This document shows positions 38,043-47,220 of a stretch of 64,000 bases of DNA, one piece after another; position 1 is the stretch's first letter; each line of letters begins with the position of its first letter. The stretch is from an uncultured Acidobacteriota bacterium (lineage in GTDB: Bacteria; Acidobacteriota; Thermoanaerobaculia; Thermoanaerobaculales; Thermoanaerobaculaceae): the NCBI GenBank assembly GCA_963739225.1, contig CAVTZQ010000002.1, positions 2,331 through 66,330 on the forward strand, in the 5' to 3' direction. The notes under the pieces are model-generated. The model was not told where the DNA came from. It worked only from the letters and a program-made list of their open reading frames with translations, and made no database searches. The translations under genes and the position numbers were made by a program.

Positions 38043-38650
38043 GGTCCGCGCCGCCCACCGGTGCGCTTGACCGAAAGCTCCAGGCCAGATTCGGGCTGAT
38101 TGCGGGGGTGGACGAGGTCGGCCGCGGGGCGCTCGCGGGCCCTGTCACGGTTGCGGCGGTCATCCTTGACCCGAGAAGGCCTGTGGCGGGGCTGGACGAC
38201 TCCAAGCGCCTCTCCCCGCGAAAGAGGCAGCGGCTCGCCGCGGAGATCCTCGAGAAGGCCGTGTGCTGGGCGATTGCCCACCGAGGCCCGTCCGACATCG
38301 ATCGTCTCAACATCCTGGAGGCCACCCGCGCGGCAATGGCCGATGCGGTCCTCGCCCTGCGCCGGGCGCCGGGCCTCGTGGTCACCGACGCCGTGGCCCT
38401 ACCTGCCCTTCCCGTTGTGCACCGGGCCGAGGTGCACGCCGACGCCCGCTACTGGTGCGTGGCCGCTGCATCGATCCTCGCCAAGGTGACGCGCGACGAG
38501 ACCATGGTGCAACTGGCCGTCGAACTCCCCGGATACGGCTGGGAGTCCAACAAAGGGTACCCGTCCCCGGCGCACCTGGCAGCGCTGCGGCGCCTGGGGC
38601 CTTCCGAGCAGCACCGGCGCAGCTTCCGGCCAGTCCGTGTGCTAGCATAA
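38039..38650 (+). CDS. rnhB: Ribonuclease HII
   Basis: ORF track, 203 aa. [21 protein letters not shown] and ASILAKV...GYGW..NKGYPS. Confidence 0.92.
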   Translation: MRSAPPTGALDRKLQARFGLIAGVDEVGRGALAGPVTVAAVILDPRRPVAGLDDSKRLSPRKRQRLAAEILEKAVCWAIAHRGPSDIDRLNILEATRAAMADAVLALRRAPGLVVTDAVALPALPVVHRAEVHADARYWCVAAASILAKVTRDETMVQLAVELPGYGWESNKGYPSPAHLAALRRLGPSEQHRRSFRPVRVLA

Positions 38651-38672
38651 ACGCGGGGAATACTACCTTTTC

Positions 38673-41393
38673 ATGTCGACGGCGAAACGCGAACTGATCA
38701 TCCAGGAGGCGGACAAGCTCGCCGCGCGCGGCAAGCTGGATGCCGCCATAAAGGAGTACAAGCGGGCCGTCGACCTGGCGCCTCACGACACCAACGCACT
38801 CAACCGCCTGGGCGATCTGTTGGTGCGGGTGTCGCGCATCCCGGAGGCGATCGACGTCTACCAACGCATCGCCGACCACTTCGGCGAGGACGGCTTCTTC
38901 CTCAAGGCAATCGCGATCTACAAGAAGATCAACCGCCTCGATCCCCGGCGGACCGAGACCTACGAGCGTCTCGCGAACCTCTACTTCAAGCAGGGGCTCG
39001 TGGTGGAGGGGCGGCAGCAGCTGCTGACCCTCGCGGATTGGTTCCTGCGCTCCAAGCAGCCGCAGGAGGCGGTAAGGATCTACCGGCGGCTGGTCGAGCT
39101 GGAGCCGAGCAACTTCCAGGCGCGCGCCAAGCTGGTGGATCTCTCGGTTCAGCTCGGGGACGCGGGGGCGGTGCGCGAGGAGATCGACGCCCTGGGACGA
39201 ACGCTGCTGGGTCGAAACATGCTGGAAGAGGCGGCGAAGCTCTACCACCGGGCGCTCGACCTCAACCCGGAGCAGGGCGATTTCATCGCGCCATGCGTAG
39301 AGGCGCTGGTCTCCGCAGGACGCCAGGCGCAGGCGGCGGAGCTGGCCAGGAAGGCGCTCGCGGCGACCAAGGGTGGCCTCGAGCTGAAGTTTGCCGCGTC
39401 ACGCGCCTTCTTCGAGAGCGGCGACGTCGAGGCTGCGCGCAGGCTGCTCGAGGAGGCGCTCCCGCAGAGCGGCGGGCGCGCCGATTTCGCGCAGCTCTAC
39501 ACCGAGGTGATGGCGCAGGCGGGCGAGGCGGTGGAAGCCAAGGAGGTCCTGCTCCCAACCATCGATCGCCTGTTGCAGGCCCACGACCTCGGCCGGGCGG
39601 CCACCTTGGTGGAGCGGCTGCTGAAGAGCGACCCGCGCGACGCCGAGGTGCTGGAGCGGGCGCTGAAGGTCTTCGACCAGCAGAACGACCCTGACATGGT
39701 CGTCAACATCGAAACCGCGCTCGCGGATGTTTACTACCGGGATGCACGGAAGGAGGAGGCAGCAAAGTTCTACCGACGGCTGGCCCAGGAGGTTCCCTCC
39801 AACGCGCTGTTCGCCCAGCGCCTGAAGGAGCTCGTCGGTGAGGAGACCGCGCCGCCCGAGCCCTTCGCAGCCGAGCCGCCGCCGCCCCCGCCGGCCGATG
39901 GCGGATTGGACATCGTAGAGATCGACCTTTCGGCTGTGGAGAGCGGGCCCACGGTAGCGCCGCCCCTAGGCGCCGAGGTATTGGCCGGGCAACCGCTCGT
40001 CCCAAGCAACGTCGAGGAGCTGTTCACCGAGGCACAGGTCTTCGCCAAGTACGGCCTCACCGACAAGGCGGTCGCACACCTCGAGCGCTTGCTCGCACTC
40101 GACCAGGCGCATGAGCAGGCTCGCCAACTGCTGAAGTCCCTTGGCGGCGGTGCTGCGATGGGGGAGCTCGAGTTCGGCCGGGCAGTGGCCAGCCCGACGG
40201 CGCCCCCACCGCCCGCCCCGAAGGCGCCCCTGTCGCTCAGCGCAAGGGACGCGGAGGGGGCACGCCAGGCGCTCACGGCGTTCGCGGAAGCCCAGGTCCC
40301 GGCAGCGCCTTCCGCGCAGCCGCCTTCGCTGGACCTCTCGCTGCCGGTACCCGGGATCCGGCTGGACGAGCTGGTCCGCCAGGTCCCGGCCCCGAACGTC
40401 GGCGCACCGTTGCCCTCCTTCGAGGGGTTCGGCACCGGGTCCGAGCCGCCAGCCGCTCGCACCGGCGAGGTGCGAAGGACGCCAACGGGGGCGATCCGCC
40501 TCGACAATCTGGGTGCAATGCTCGGAATCCGTGAAACCGGCACACCGGGTGCGACCGGGACCGAGGCCACGCCCGCTGCGGCCGCACAGGGGCGCGAGCC
40601 GGAGCGTGCAGACGTGGTGGACGAGGCGGTGGAGCTGGTCGAGGTATCCGGTGTGCTGGCAGGTCCCGGCGTGGACCAACTGCGGGAGCTGGATTTCCTC
40701 ATCCAGCAAGGGCTCCTGGACGACGCCGCCGAACTGCTGGACAAAGTCAGGGAAGCGTTCCCCGATCACCCGGACGTGATGGCACGCCAGGCCCTCCTGA
40801 AGGCGCGGGGCTGGGATGAGGAGCGTCGCGAAACCACACCGGCAGCCTCGGCAGGGGAGCTCTTCAAAGAGGAGGAGCAGTTCTTCGACCTGGCCGCGGA
40901 GCTGGAGAAGGAGCTCGCTGAAGAGGAGATGGTGGCGGAGGCCACCGGCGCCGGGAAGTCGAGCGACGTCTCCATTGAGCAGCTCTTCAAGGAATTCCAG
41001 CGCGGGGTGGCGGAACAGGTCCAGGAGGAGGACTACGACACTCACTTCAATCTGGGCCTCGCCTACCGCGAGATGGGGCTCTTGGACGAGGCGATCGGGG
41101 AGTTTCAGCTGTCGGTGAAGTCCCCGGACTACCTGGTCGAGAGCGCCAGCATGATCGGGGCCTGCTTCCTGGAGAAAGGGTTCCCCGAGCAGGGAGCGGA
41201 GTGGTATGCCCGCGCCCTGAGCGCACCGGGGCTCACGCTCGAGATGGAGCTCGGCCTGCGCTACGAGCTTGGGCGGGCGCAGGAGACGGCTGGGAACACG
41301 GAGGCCGCGCTCGCGAGCTTCAGCGAGGTCCTGGCAATCAACCCGGCGTTCCGCGACGTCATGGCCCGGGTCTCCAAGCTCCGCAGCAACTGA
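38673..41393 (+). CDS. Large tetratricopeptide-repeat (TPR) protein with central Pro/Ala-rich linker
   Basis: ORF track, 906 aa. TPR-like helices at both ends (e.g. AIKEYKRAVDLAPHDTNALNRLGDL and HFNLGLAYREMGLLDEAIGEFQ). The middle is low-complexity. Confidence 0.75.
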   Translation: MSTAKRELIIQEADKLAARGKLDAAIKEYKRAVDLAPHDTNALNRLGDLLVRVSRIPEAIDVYQRIADHFGEDGFFLKAIAIYKKINRLDPRRTETYERLANLYFKQGLVVEGRQQLLTLADWFLRSKQPQEAVRIYRRLVELEPSNFQARAKLVDLSVQLGDAGAVREEIDALGRTLLGRNMLEEAAKLYHRALDLNPEQGDFIAPCVEALVSAGRQAQAAELARKALAATKGGLELKFAASRAFFESGDVEAARRLLEEALPQSGGRADFAQLYTEVMAQAGEAVEAKEVLLPTIDRLLQAHDLGRAATLVERLLKSDPRDAEVLERALKVFDQQNDPDMVVNIETALADVYYRDARKEEAAKFYRRLAQEVPSNALFAQRLKELVGEETAPPEPFAAEPPPPPPADGGLDIVEIDLSAVESGPTVAPPLGAEVLAGQPLVPSNVEELFTEAQVFAKYGLTDKAVAHLERLLALDQAHEQARQLLKSLGGGAAMGELEFGRAVASPTAPPPPAPKAPLSLSARDAEGARQALTAFAEAQVPAAPSAQPPSLDLSLPVPGIRLDELVRQVPAPNVGAPLPSFEGFGTGSEPPAARTGEVRRTPTGAIRLDNLGAMLGIRETGTPGATGTEATPAAAAQGREPERADVVDEAVELVEVSGVLAGPGVDQLRELDFLIQQGLLDDAAELLDKVREAFPDHPDVMARQALLKARGWDEERRETTPAASAGELFKEEEQFFDLAAELEKELAEEEMVAEATGAGKSSDVSIEQLFKEFQRGVAEQVQEEDYDTHFNLGLAYREMGLLDEAIGEFQLSVKSPDYLVESASMIGACFLEKGFPEQGAEWYARALSAPGLTLEMELGLRYELGRAQETAGNTEAALASFSEVLAINPAFRDVMARVSKLRSN

Positions 41394-41503
41394 TTTCGGT
41401 CCGCCCCGGGGACGAACCGAAGTCACCCTGAGACCGAACGGAGTTCGGGCGAAGGGTCCCGTCGCATGAGGCCGGACCGTGGACTTGATCCGCGTCTTTT
41501 GGA

Positions 41504-42184
41504 TCAGAGCTCGCTTGCGACCAGAATCGCGGTGCCGGTGCGCATCAGGTGGTGGATCCGGCGCGCGTCCCCGTCCGCCATCGCCAGCGTGACCGCCGGT
41601 GGGTGATCCTCGCCAAGCCCCCGCAACCGCTGCCAGCCGTCGCGCACCGCCGCCATGAACGTCCCGTGGAGGCTCTGCGGCGGCAGGTGATCGGTGATCC
41701 AGAGGTCCCAGCCGTTGGAGAGTCGACTGCGGTAGGAAGGAGGCGGCACGGGAACTGTTGTGGGGGTAGGCGTCGGTCCCGTTGATGTCGCGGCCGGTGT
41801 CGGCTCCGCCTCCTCCTCGTCGTCCCTTGGGGCGGGGCGCAACTCCCTCGGGGCAACCACTTCCCGGTCGGTGTCACCTGGGCCCTTCTGGATGGTCCAC
41901 ACCGCGGGGATCGGCGGGTGGCCGGGACGGTCGTGGGCCAGCAACGGCTGTTGGCTCATGATCTCGATGCCGGTGAGCTGCACCGTGTCGAGGACGGCGC
42001 CCCGCGCCTTGATCTCGAGCACGCGACGCTGAGGGTCGAGGACCAGGTAGACGAACGGCCGCTTAGCGAGCCCGGTCTCCATCTGAAGCGCAGCCACACG
42101 GGCCGGGTCGGGCGGCACGTCCCCCGCCCGGGCGCCCACGGCCACCAGGCTAATAGAGATACACGCGAGTGCCGATCGGCGCAT
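41504..42184 (-). CDS. Secreted hypothetical protein with Pro/Thr-rich segment
   Basis: ORF 41504..42328, with ATG at 42184 giving the signal peptide MRRSALACISISLVAVGARA. The start is uncertain and overlaps the 3' end of the upstream gene by 35 nt. Confidence 0.5.
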   Translation of the reverse strand: MRRSALACISISLVAVGARAGDVPPDPARVAALQMETGLAKRPFVYLVLDPQRRVLEIKARGAVLDTVQLTGIEIMSQQPLLAHDRPGHPPIPAVWTIQKGPGDTDREVVAPRELRPAPRDDEEEAEPTPAATSTGPTPTPTTVPVPPPSYRSRLSNGWDLWITDHLPPQSLHGTFMAAVRDGWQRLRGLGEDHPPAVTLAMADGDARRIHHLMRTGTAILVASEL

Positions 42185-42848
42185 GGCGATACAGGAACTC
42201 CAGGTCCTCGTCCCCGAGTCTAATGCAGCCGTGGGTGACACGGCGGCCGAGAAGGCTCTTGAACAGCGTGCCGTGGATGATGTACCCATCCCCGATGTAC
42301 AGCGCATAGTCTCCGAGTGAGGCGTCATCGAAGCGTTCGTTGGGGTCCGTGGGTGGCAGCAGCCCCTCCTCGACGAAGGCCCAGTCCGGCTTGGCCCACA
42401 CGGGGTGCTTCACCTTCCTCTCCACCACGCGCTCCCCGAGTGGCGTGTCGAACACCCATTGCTTCCCGTTCCGGGGGTCCCTGAGCAGGATGCCGGTCCC
42501 GGTCGAGCACACGGCCGACCGGATGAGCTTGCCGTTCTCCAACAGGTGCAGGCGGTTCCCGAAGGTGTCCACGACGATGTAGACGCCCTTGGGGTGGACC
42601 CTCTCGAGCTCCTTCTCGGCCTGCACGGCGTGCTTGCGGAGGTTGGTGGGGTCAACCTCGGGGACGCTGGCCGAGGCGGTTGCGTCGAAGGGGGTGGCCA
42701 CGAAAGGCCGCCCGAGCCGGGCGAGCACCGCCGCTGATCCGAAACCCACAAGGACGGTGGCCACGACGGAGAGCCCGAGCGCGAGCAGCCAGCGCGACCG
42801 CGGCGGCTGCTCCGGCAACGGTGTGAGCACTTCGGGCTCAGCGTTCAT
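42150..42848 (-). CDS. L,D-transpeptidase (YkuD domain), N-terminal membrane anchor
   Basis: ORF track, 232 aa. TM segment WLLALGLSVVATVLVGFGSAAVL. Catalytic signature IHGT...THGCIRL. Confidence 0.85.
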   Translation of the reverse strand: MNAEPEVLTPLPEQPPRSRWLLALGLSVVATVLVGFGSAAVLARLGRPFVATPFDATASASVPEVDPTNLRKHAVQAEKELERVHPKGVYIVVDTFGNRLHLLENGKLIRSAVCSTGTGILLRDPRNGKQWVFDTPLGERVVERKVKHPVWAKPDWAFVEEGLLPPTDPNERFDDASLGDYALYIGDGYIIHGTLFKSLLGRRVTHGCIRLGDEDLEFLYRHAPIGTRVYLY

Positions 42849-43893
42849 ACGTCCCCACGATGGTGACGGGCATCCCGACGCGCACGTGTGCGAACAGACG
42901 GTCCATGTCCTGATTGGTCAACGCAACACACCCGTCGGTCCAGTCTCGTCCCTCGCCCCCGTCGCCGTGGATCTCGATCAGGCTCCCGATCCCCGCTCTC
43001 GCGGAGATGGAGCCGCGGCGCTGGCCGAGGGCGAACCGCATGCGATCCTCGTCGTTGGGGTAGTTGATCAACAACGCCTTGTAGTACCGGGTCTCGGGCG
43101 TTTCCTTGACCTGCACGACGCGGTACATACCCTCCGGGGTGGCCCTGTCGCCCGCGTGCTCCTTCCGGCGCAGGCCGTTGGCTCCCAGCTCGGCCGGGAA
43201 ATGGGCGACCGGCTTGCCGCTGAGGTAGAGGGTGACGCGCCGCCGCAGCTTGTCCACCAGGATCGCCGTATCGCCGGCGCGGAGGCTCTCCCCGATGGTC
43301 ATCTCGGCCCAATTCCGCCACTGGCGGAGGTTGGAGGGCTCCCCGAAGCGCGCGTGCAGCGCACCCCAGGCGTGGTGCACGACGGCTGCACCCTCACGCC
43401 CCTCGCGCAGCTCCTCGCCGGCCTGCTGGTGGCGACCGGCGTCTGCCAGCTTCTCGGCCAGCTTGAGGCTCGTGAGGGCCCCCTGCATGGCAGCCGCCTC
43501 GCGACGGCCCATGCCCGCTTCACCGATTTCTGCCTGTGCGCGTGCCACCTCGTTTCGCACCTCGGGGTGCAGGCTAGTGTAGACGCCTTGGGCCTGATCC
43601 TGCGCGGCCCGGACCGATTTTGTAGCCTCGCTGGAGGCGCGTACGACGCGCAGCCAGGCAGCCTCGGTCCTCCCCACGGACCCCTGCCACCAGGGGGCGG
43701 CGGTCTCTGCAGCCGTCGCCACCTCTGCCAGGGCCACCAGCTGTTCGATCAGCCTTGCCTGCCTCGGCGAGGCCGGGCGAACGGCCCGGACCGCGGTGCG
43801 GGCGGCGCGCCGGGCGCCATCCACGTTTGGAACGGGGTGCCGGGAACAGGACGCGAGCAGCGCTGCAAGTGCCGCCACGGCTGCCGCGCGCAT
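42838..43893 (-). CDS. L,D-transpeptidase-family lipoprotein (helical N-domain plus YkuD domain)
   Basis: ORF 42838..44166, with ATG at 43893 giving MRAAAVAALAALLASCS (lipobox). The C-terminal IEIHGDGG...TDGCVAL is a YkuD catalytic motif. Confidence 0.8.
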   Translation of the reverse strand: MRAAAVAALAALLASCSRHPVPNVDGARRAARTAVRAVRPASPRQARLIEQLVALAEVATAAETAAPWWQGSVGRTEAAWLRVVRASSEATKSVRAAQDQAQGVYTSLHPEVRNEVARAQAEIGEAGMGRREAAAMQGALTSLKLAEKLADAGRHQQAGEELREGREGAAVVHHAWGALHARFGEPSNLRQWRNWAEMTIGESLRAGDTAILVDKLRRRVTLYLSGKPVAHFPAELGANGLRRKEHAGDRATPEGMYRVVQVKETPETRYYKALLINYPNDEDRMRFALGQRRGSISARAGIGSLIEIHGDGGEGRDWTDGCVALTNQDMDRLFAHVRVGMPVTIVGTYER

Positions 43894-43949
43894 AGCAGAA
43901 CGGCGGCGGTTGCCCGCCGCCGTTCCCCGGTATTCCGAATTGGACGACG

Positions 43950-44570
43950 TTACTTGCACTTGAACTTGGTCTTGATGCCCTCGAGGTCCTTGGCAACCGG
44001 CTCGAGCAGACCCTTCAGCGTGTCGGCCTGGGCCTTGGCGCCGAAGAAGTCTTCCTTCCCGAACTTCCCTTCGAGCTCGGCGACCTGGTTCTTGTAGCCC
44101 TCGAGGTTGCCCTTCACGGTCTCGAGGTCCTTCTTCACTTCCTTGGCCCTCTTCGCCCGTGGGCACTTTTCGATCGCGGCGAACAGACCGCCCGCGCCGT
44201 CGAGAGCAGCCTTGGCGGCGTCAATGGCAGCCTTGGCCTCGTTCTTCGCCTTCTCCTTGCCCGCAATGCCGGCATCCTTGGCGGCGGTGGCAGCGTTGCT
44301 GGCGTCGGCGATGAGCTGCTTGGCCTTGGTGTAGGACCGGAACAGGGCGAACTTGGCGTTCTGCGCCTCAAGTTCGGCGTTGACCGCGTTCATGCCCTGC
44401 TGGGCCTTGTCCCAAGCCTCAGCGGCGTACTTGGGCGCCTCGGCCTGCTCAGCGGCGGTCAGCGCAGCCTTTGCGGCGTCGATCTCCTGTTGCGGGGGCT
44501 TCGCGCAGCCGACGGCCAGGACGGCCGCAACCAACAGCAACCCAACAACTAGAACCTGACTCTTGCGCAT
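43950..44570 (-). CDS. Ala/Lys-rich helical lipoprotein (DUF4398-like)
   Basis: ORF 43950..44678, with ATG at 44570 (GGAAAGGAGAG upstream). MRKSQVLVVGLLLVAAVLAVGCAKP has a lipobox. Confidence 0.65.
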   Translation of the reverse strand: MRKSQVLVVGLLLVAAVLAVGCAKPPQQEIDAAKAALTAAEQAEAPKYAAEAWDKAQQGMNAVNAELEAQNAKFALFRSYTKAKQLIADASNAATAAKDAGIAGKEKAKNEAKAAIDAAKAALDGAGGLFAAIEKCPRAKRAKEVKKDLETVKGNLEGYKNQVAELEGKFGKEDFFGAKAQADTLKGLLEPVAKDLEGIKTKFKCK

Positions 44571-44623
44571 CTCAGCTCTCCTTTCCTCCTGATTGAGGTT
44601 GGCATCTGCCGATGCCGGTTCGC

Positions 44624-44652
44624 ATCGTACTCTCGTGAAGGTCAATGTGCAA
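44624..44652 (-). promoter_or_regulatory. Candidate promoter P2 for the lipoprotein/L,D-transpeptidase cluster (TTGCAC, 17 nt spacer, TACGAT)
   Basis: Read on the minus strand: -35 at 44652-44647 and -10 at 44629-44624, about 55 nt upstream of the ATG at 44570. Confidence 0.35.
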
Positions 44653-44804
44653 CTTAGCACAAGATTTTCACAGCGCAACCCAGCCTGATCGGGGGATCAC
44701 CGGCTGCCCGAGCGCGGTGGGAGCCCGCGTCATTTGCTCCTCTTTCTCCTGGCGGCGGGCTTTCACCTCCGCTGGGGACCGCAAATTGCACCCCTGAGCG
44801 GCGG

Positions 44805-44833
44805 TTTATAGTCCTCCGGGGGTCAATTGTCAA
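44805..44833 (-). promoter_or_regulatory. Candidate promoter P1 (consensus TTGACA, 17 nt spacer, TATAAA) firing toward the lipoprotein gene
   Basis: Read on the minus strand: TTGACA at 44833-44828, an exact 17-nt spacer, and TATAAA at 44810-44805. These AT-rich hexamers stand out in GC-rich DNA. Confidence 0.4.
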
Positions 44834-45214
44834 GGAGGTTCCGCGGGACCGCCCGGCGGGTCCGAAAGCGGGGCGGTGTCGAGACGCGCCTTGCCCCGTC
44901 GAACAGCTACCGGCAACGGCTCCAGGCAGACCATCCGGCATGGGGCGGCGGCACGCGGGCGGTCTTTGCGGCCGTGGAGCGCCCCGCCGTTCCGCCGGAA
45001 AATGTGACCGCGGTCACCGGTGAGGGGACCCCGGCGGAGGTCCTGTTCGCGGAGGGCGGTGACGAGAAAGCGCGTGCTCAGCCTGGCCCGCGTCCCGGCG
45101 CCGGTGCGGACCAGCGGCCTGCTCTCGATAACGAGCCCTGAGGGACCGTGAGCCAGAATCCGCCCCCCGGGGTGCCAGCCTGGGCGACGAGGGGCAACCG
45201 GTGGCGTTCCTCGG

Positions 45215-46183
45215 TCATGGCTCCTCCCGTCCAGGCGTGCGGTCGGACGGTTTGGCCCCGATCGCGGTCAGGTTGCGGCGCAGGCGAGTGAAGTCCAGGC
45301 GGCGCAGGGGTGTACCGGCCGCCAGGGCGGTCCAACCGGCCTCATCGAGGCGCTCGAGCGCCTCAACCGTGAGCTCCCCGAGCGGTGTCCGGGTGGCGAG
45401 GGGCGGAGCACAGGACGGCGATGCGTGGCGATTCCAGGGGCACACGACCTGGCAGATGTCGCAGCCGAACAGGTACGGCGCAAGCGCCGGCCGCGGGGCC
45501 TCAGGGAAAGGCCGGCGGTGCTCGATGGTCAGGTATGAGATGCACCGCCGCGCGTCGAGCCGCCCCGGCCCCTCGAACGCCCGCGTCGGACATGCATCCA
45601 GGCAGGCGGTGCAGCTGCCGCAGTGGTCCGTTTCGGGTTCGTCTGGGGGCAGCGCGAGCGTGGTCAGAAGCTCGCCGAGGAGCAGTTCGCTCCCCAGCTT
45701 GCGGTTGATCAGGCAGGTGTTCTTGCCGAGCCAGCCGAGGCCCGCGCGCTGGGCCAGCTCCTTCTCGAGCAGGGGGGCGGTGTCCACGGCGGCGCGCCAG
45801 CGTGCCCCCGGGAAGCGCCCGGCGATGAAGCGACCGAGGCGGATCAGGCGGCGCCTCATCACCGTGTGATAGTCCTTGCGGCGCGCGTAGCGAGCGACTA
45901 CGGCTCTGCGTGTGCGCGGGTCGGGTTCGGGAGGGTCCGGCTCGGTGTGGTAGCTCATGGCTACGCAGACCACGCTCCGGGCGCCCGGTAGGAGGCGGCG
46001 GGGGTCACCGCGCAGGTGCGCTGTCTCGGCCATGTAGGCCATGTCGCCGTGGGCGCCGTCGGCCACCCAGCGCGCCAGATGGGCGCCGCCGGGGAGCGGC
46101 TCGGCGGTGGTGATCCCGACGAGGTCGAAGCCCAGCGCCTGTCGCGCGCGGGTCTTGATCTCTTCTGCGAGTTTAATCATCAC
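45215..46183 (-). CDS. queG: Epoxyqueuosine reductase
   Basis: ORF track, 322 aa. GDMAYM, two 4Fe-4S motifs (CGSCTACLDACP and CDICQVVCPWN) and ISYLTIEH. Confidence 0.9.
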   Translation of the reverse strand: MMIKLAEEIKTRARQALGFDLVGITTAEPLPGGAHLARWVADGAHGDMAYMAETAHLRGDPRRLLPGARSVVCVAMSYHTEPDPPEPDPRTRRAVVARYARRKDYHTVMRRRLIRLGRFIAGRFPGARWRAAVDTAPLLEKELAQRAGLGWLGKNTCLINRKLGSELLLGELLTTLALPPDEPETDHCGSCTACLDACPTRAFEGPGRLDARRCISYLTIEHRRPFPEAPRPALAPYLFGCDICQVVCPWNRHASPSCAPPLATRTPLGELTVEALERLDEAGWTALAAGTPLRRLDFTRLRRNLTAIGAKPSDRTPGREEP

Positions 46184-46217
46184 CCCCGAATTCTAGAGGA
46201 CGCGCTAGACTCGTGCG

Positions 46218-47150
46218 GTGACGGGAGCCGTTCTGGTCGCCGCGGTGGCGGCGGTGCTTGCCCCGCAGCGGGTGCTTTTCGTCGACACCGCCCGGGGCGT
46301 GGTGCTGCGCTCGGTCGAGCTTCCCGGCGTGGGGCTCGCGATCTTCGCCGCGCCCGACGGACGCGCAATGGTGCCCCTCCAGGGTGAGGACGTCACTGCG
46401 GTTGTCGCCCCCACCGGAAACGTTGAGCGCTGGCCCGGGAGGCTGTTCCCCCTCTTCTTCGCCGATTACGACCGCATGCACGTGGTGCTGCCGGGAATGC
46501 TTGCCACGCTCTCGTACCCCGAGCGCCTGATGCTTGAGCAGGTGCCAATCGAAGGCCTACCCGGGGCGCGGCGAGCCGCCTGCTCCGATGACGGCCGGTT
46601 GGTCGCGGTGATCCCGGCGGTACCGGGCGCGCGGGCCCTGCTGCTGGTGGCGGCGCTAGAGGGGGGGACGGTCCGCCAGTTGGAGCTGGCGGGCGACGCC
46701 ACCCACGTGGTCGTGGCCCCGAGCGGCGCGTTCGCCGTGGTCGCCAGCGGAAACACGCTCGCCGCGGCCGTCTTGGGAGAGCCAAGGACCCGCGCCGGTC
46801 TGAGCGTTGGTGGGGAGGTCCGCTCCCTCTGTCTGCTGCCGAACGGACGGGACGTGATCGCCGGGCTCTCGAAGGGTGCCGCCGGGGAGGTGGTCGGCGT
46901 GCGCGTGGACCCGAGGGCGCAGCAACCGCTGAAGGAGCGTTTTCGAACCCCGCTGGGTGCTCCGGCCGTCGCGGTGGCCACGGCAGACGAGGACGCGGTG
47001 GCGATCAGCGGCGACGTCCTCGTCGTCCTGATTCGGGGTGGGCGGCGGATTGGCAGACAGGTGGTGGTGCCGGGGGCACGGGACCTTGCCGTGCTTCCGG
47101 CGAGGGCAAGGTCCACCGTCCCTGCCTGGAGCGATGCCCAAAAACCCTGA
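46218..47150 (+). CDS. Hypothetical protein, probably secreted, repetitive beta-strand-rich
   Basis: ORF track, 310 aa, hydrophobic N-terminus. No motif I can name. Confidence 0.45.
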   Translation: MTGAVLVAAVAAVLAPQRVLFVDTARGVVLRSVELPGVGLAIFAAPDGRAMVPLQGEDVTAVVAPTGNVERWPGRLFPLFFADYDRMHVVLPGMLATLSYPERLMLEQVPIEGLPGARRAACSDDGRLVAVIPAVPGARALLLVAALEGGTVRQLELAGDATHVVVAPSGAFAVVASGNTLAAAVLGEPRTRAGLSVGGEVRSLCLLPNGRDVIAGLSKGAAGEVVGVRVDPRAQQPLKERFRTPLGAPAVAVATADEDAVAISGDVLVVLIRGGRRIGRQVVVPGARDLAVLPARARSTVPAWSDAQKP

Positions 47151-47220
47151 CGCAGCGCCCGTCGGGAAGCCCTGCTGGAAAAAGAAAAAGCGGACTAGAA
47201 TAACGAGTTCGGAGGTGGGG

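Noticed and set aside
41394-41503. A possible bidirectional terminator between the convergent TPR gene and the 41504 gene (TTCGGT...ACCGAA and GATCC...GGATC).
   Set aside because: The stems are short and imperfect, and no adjoining U-tract is present on either strand.
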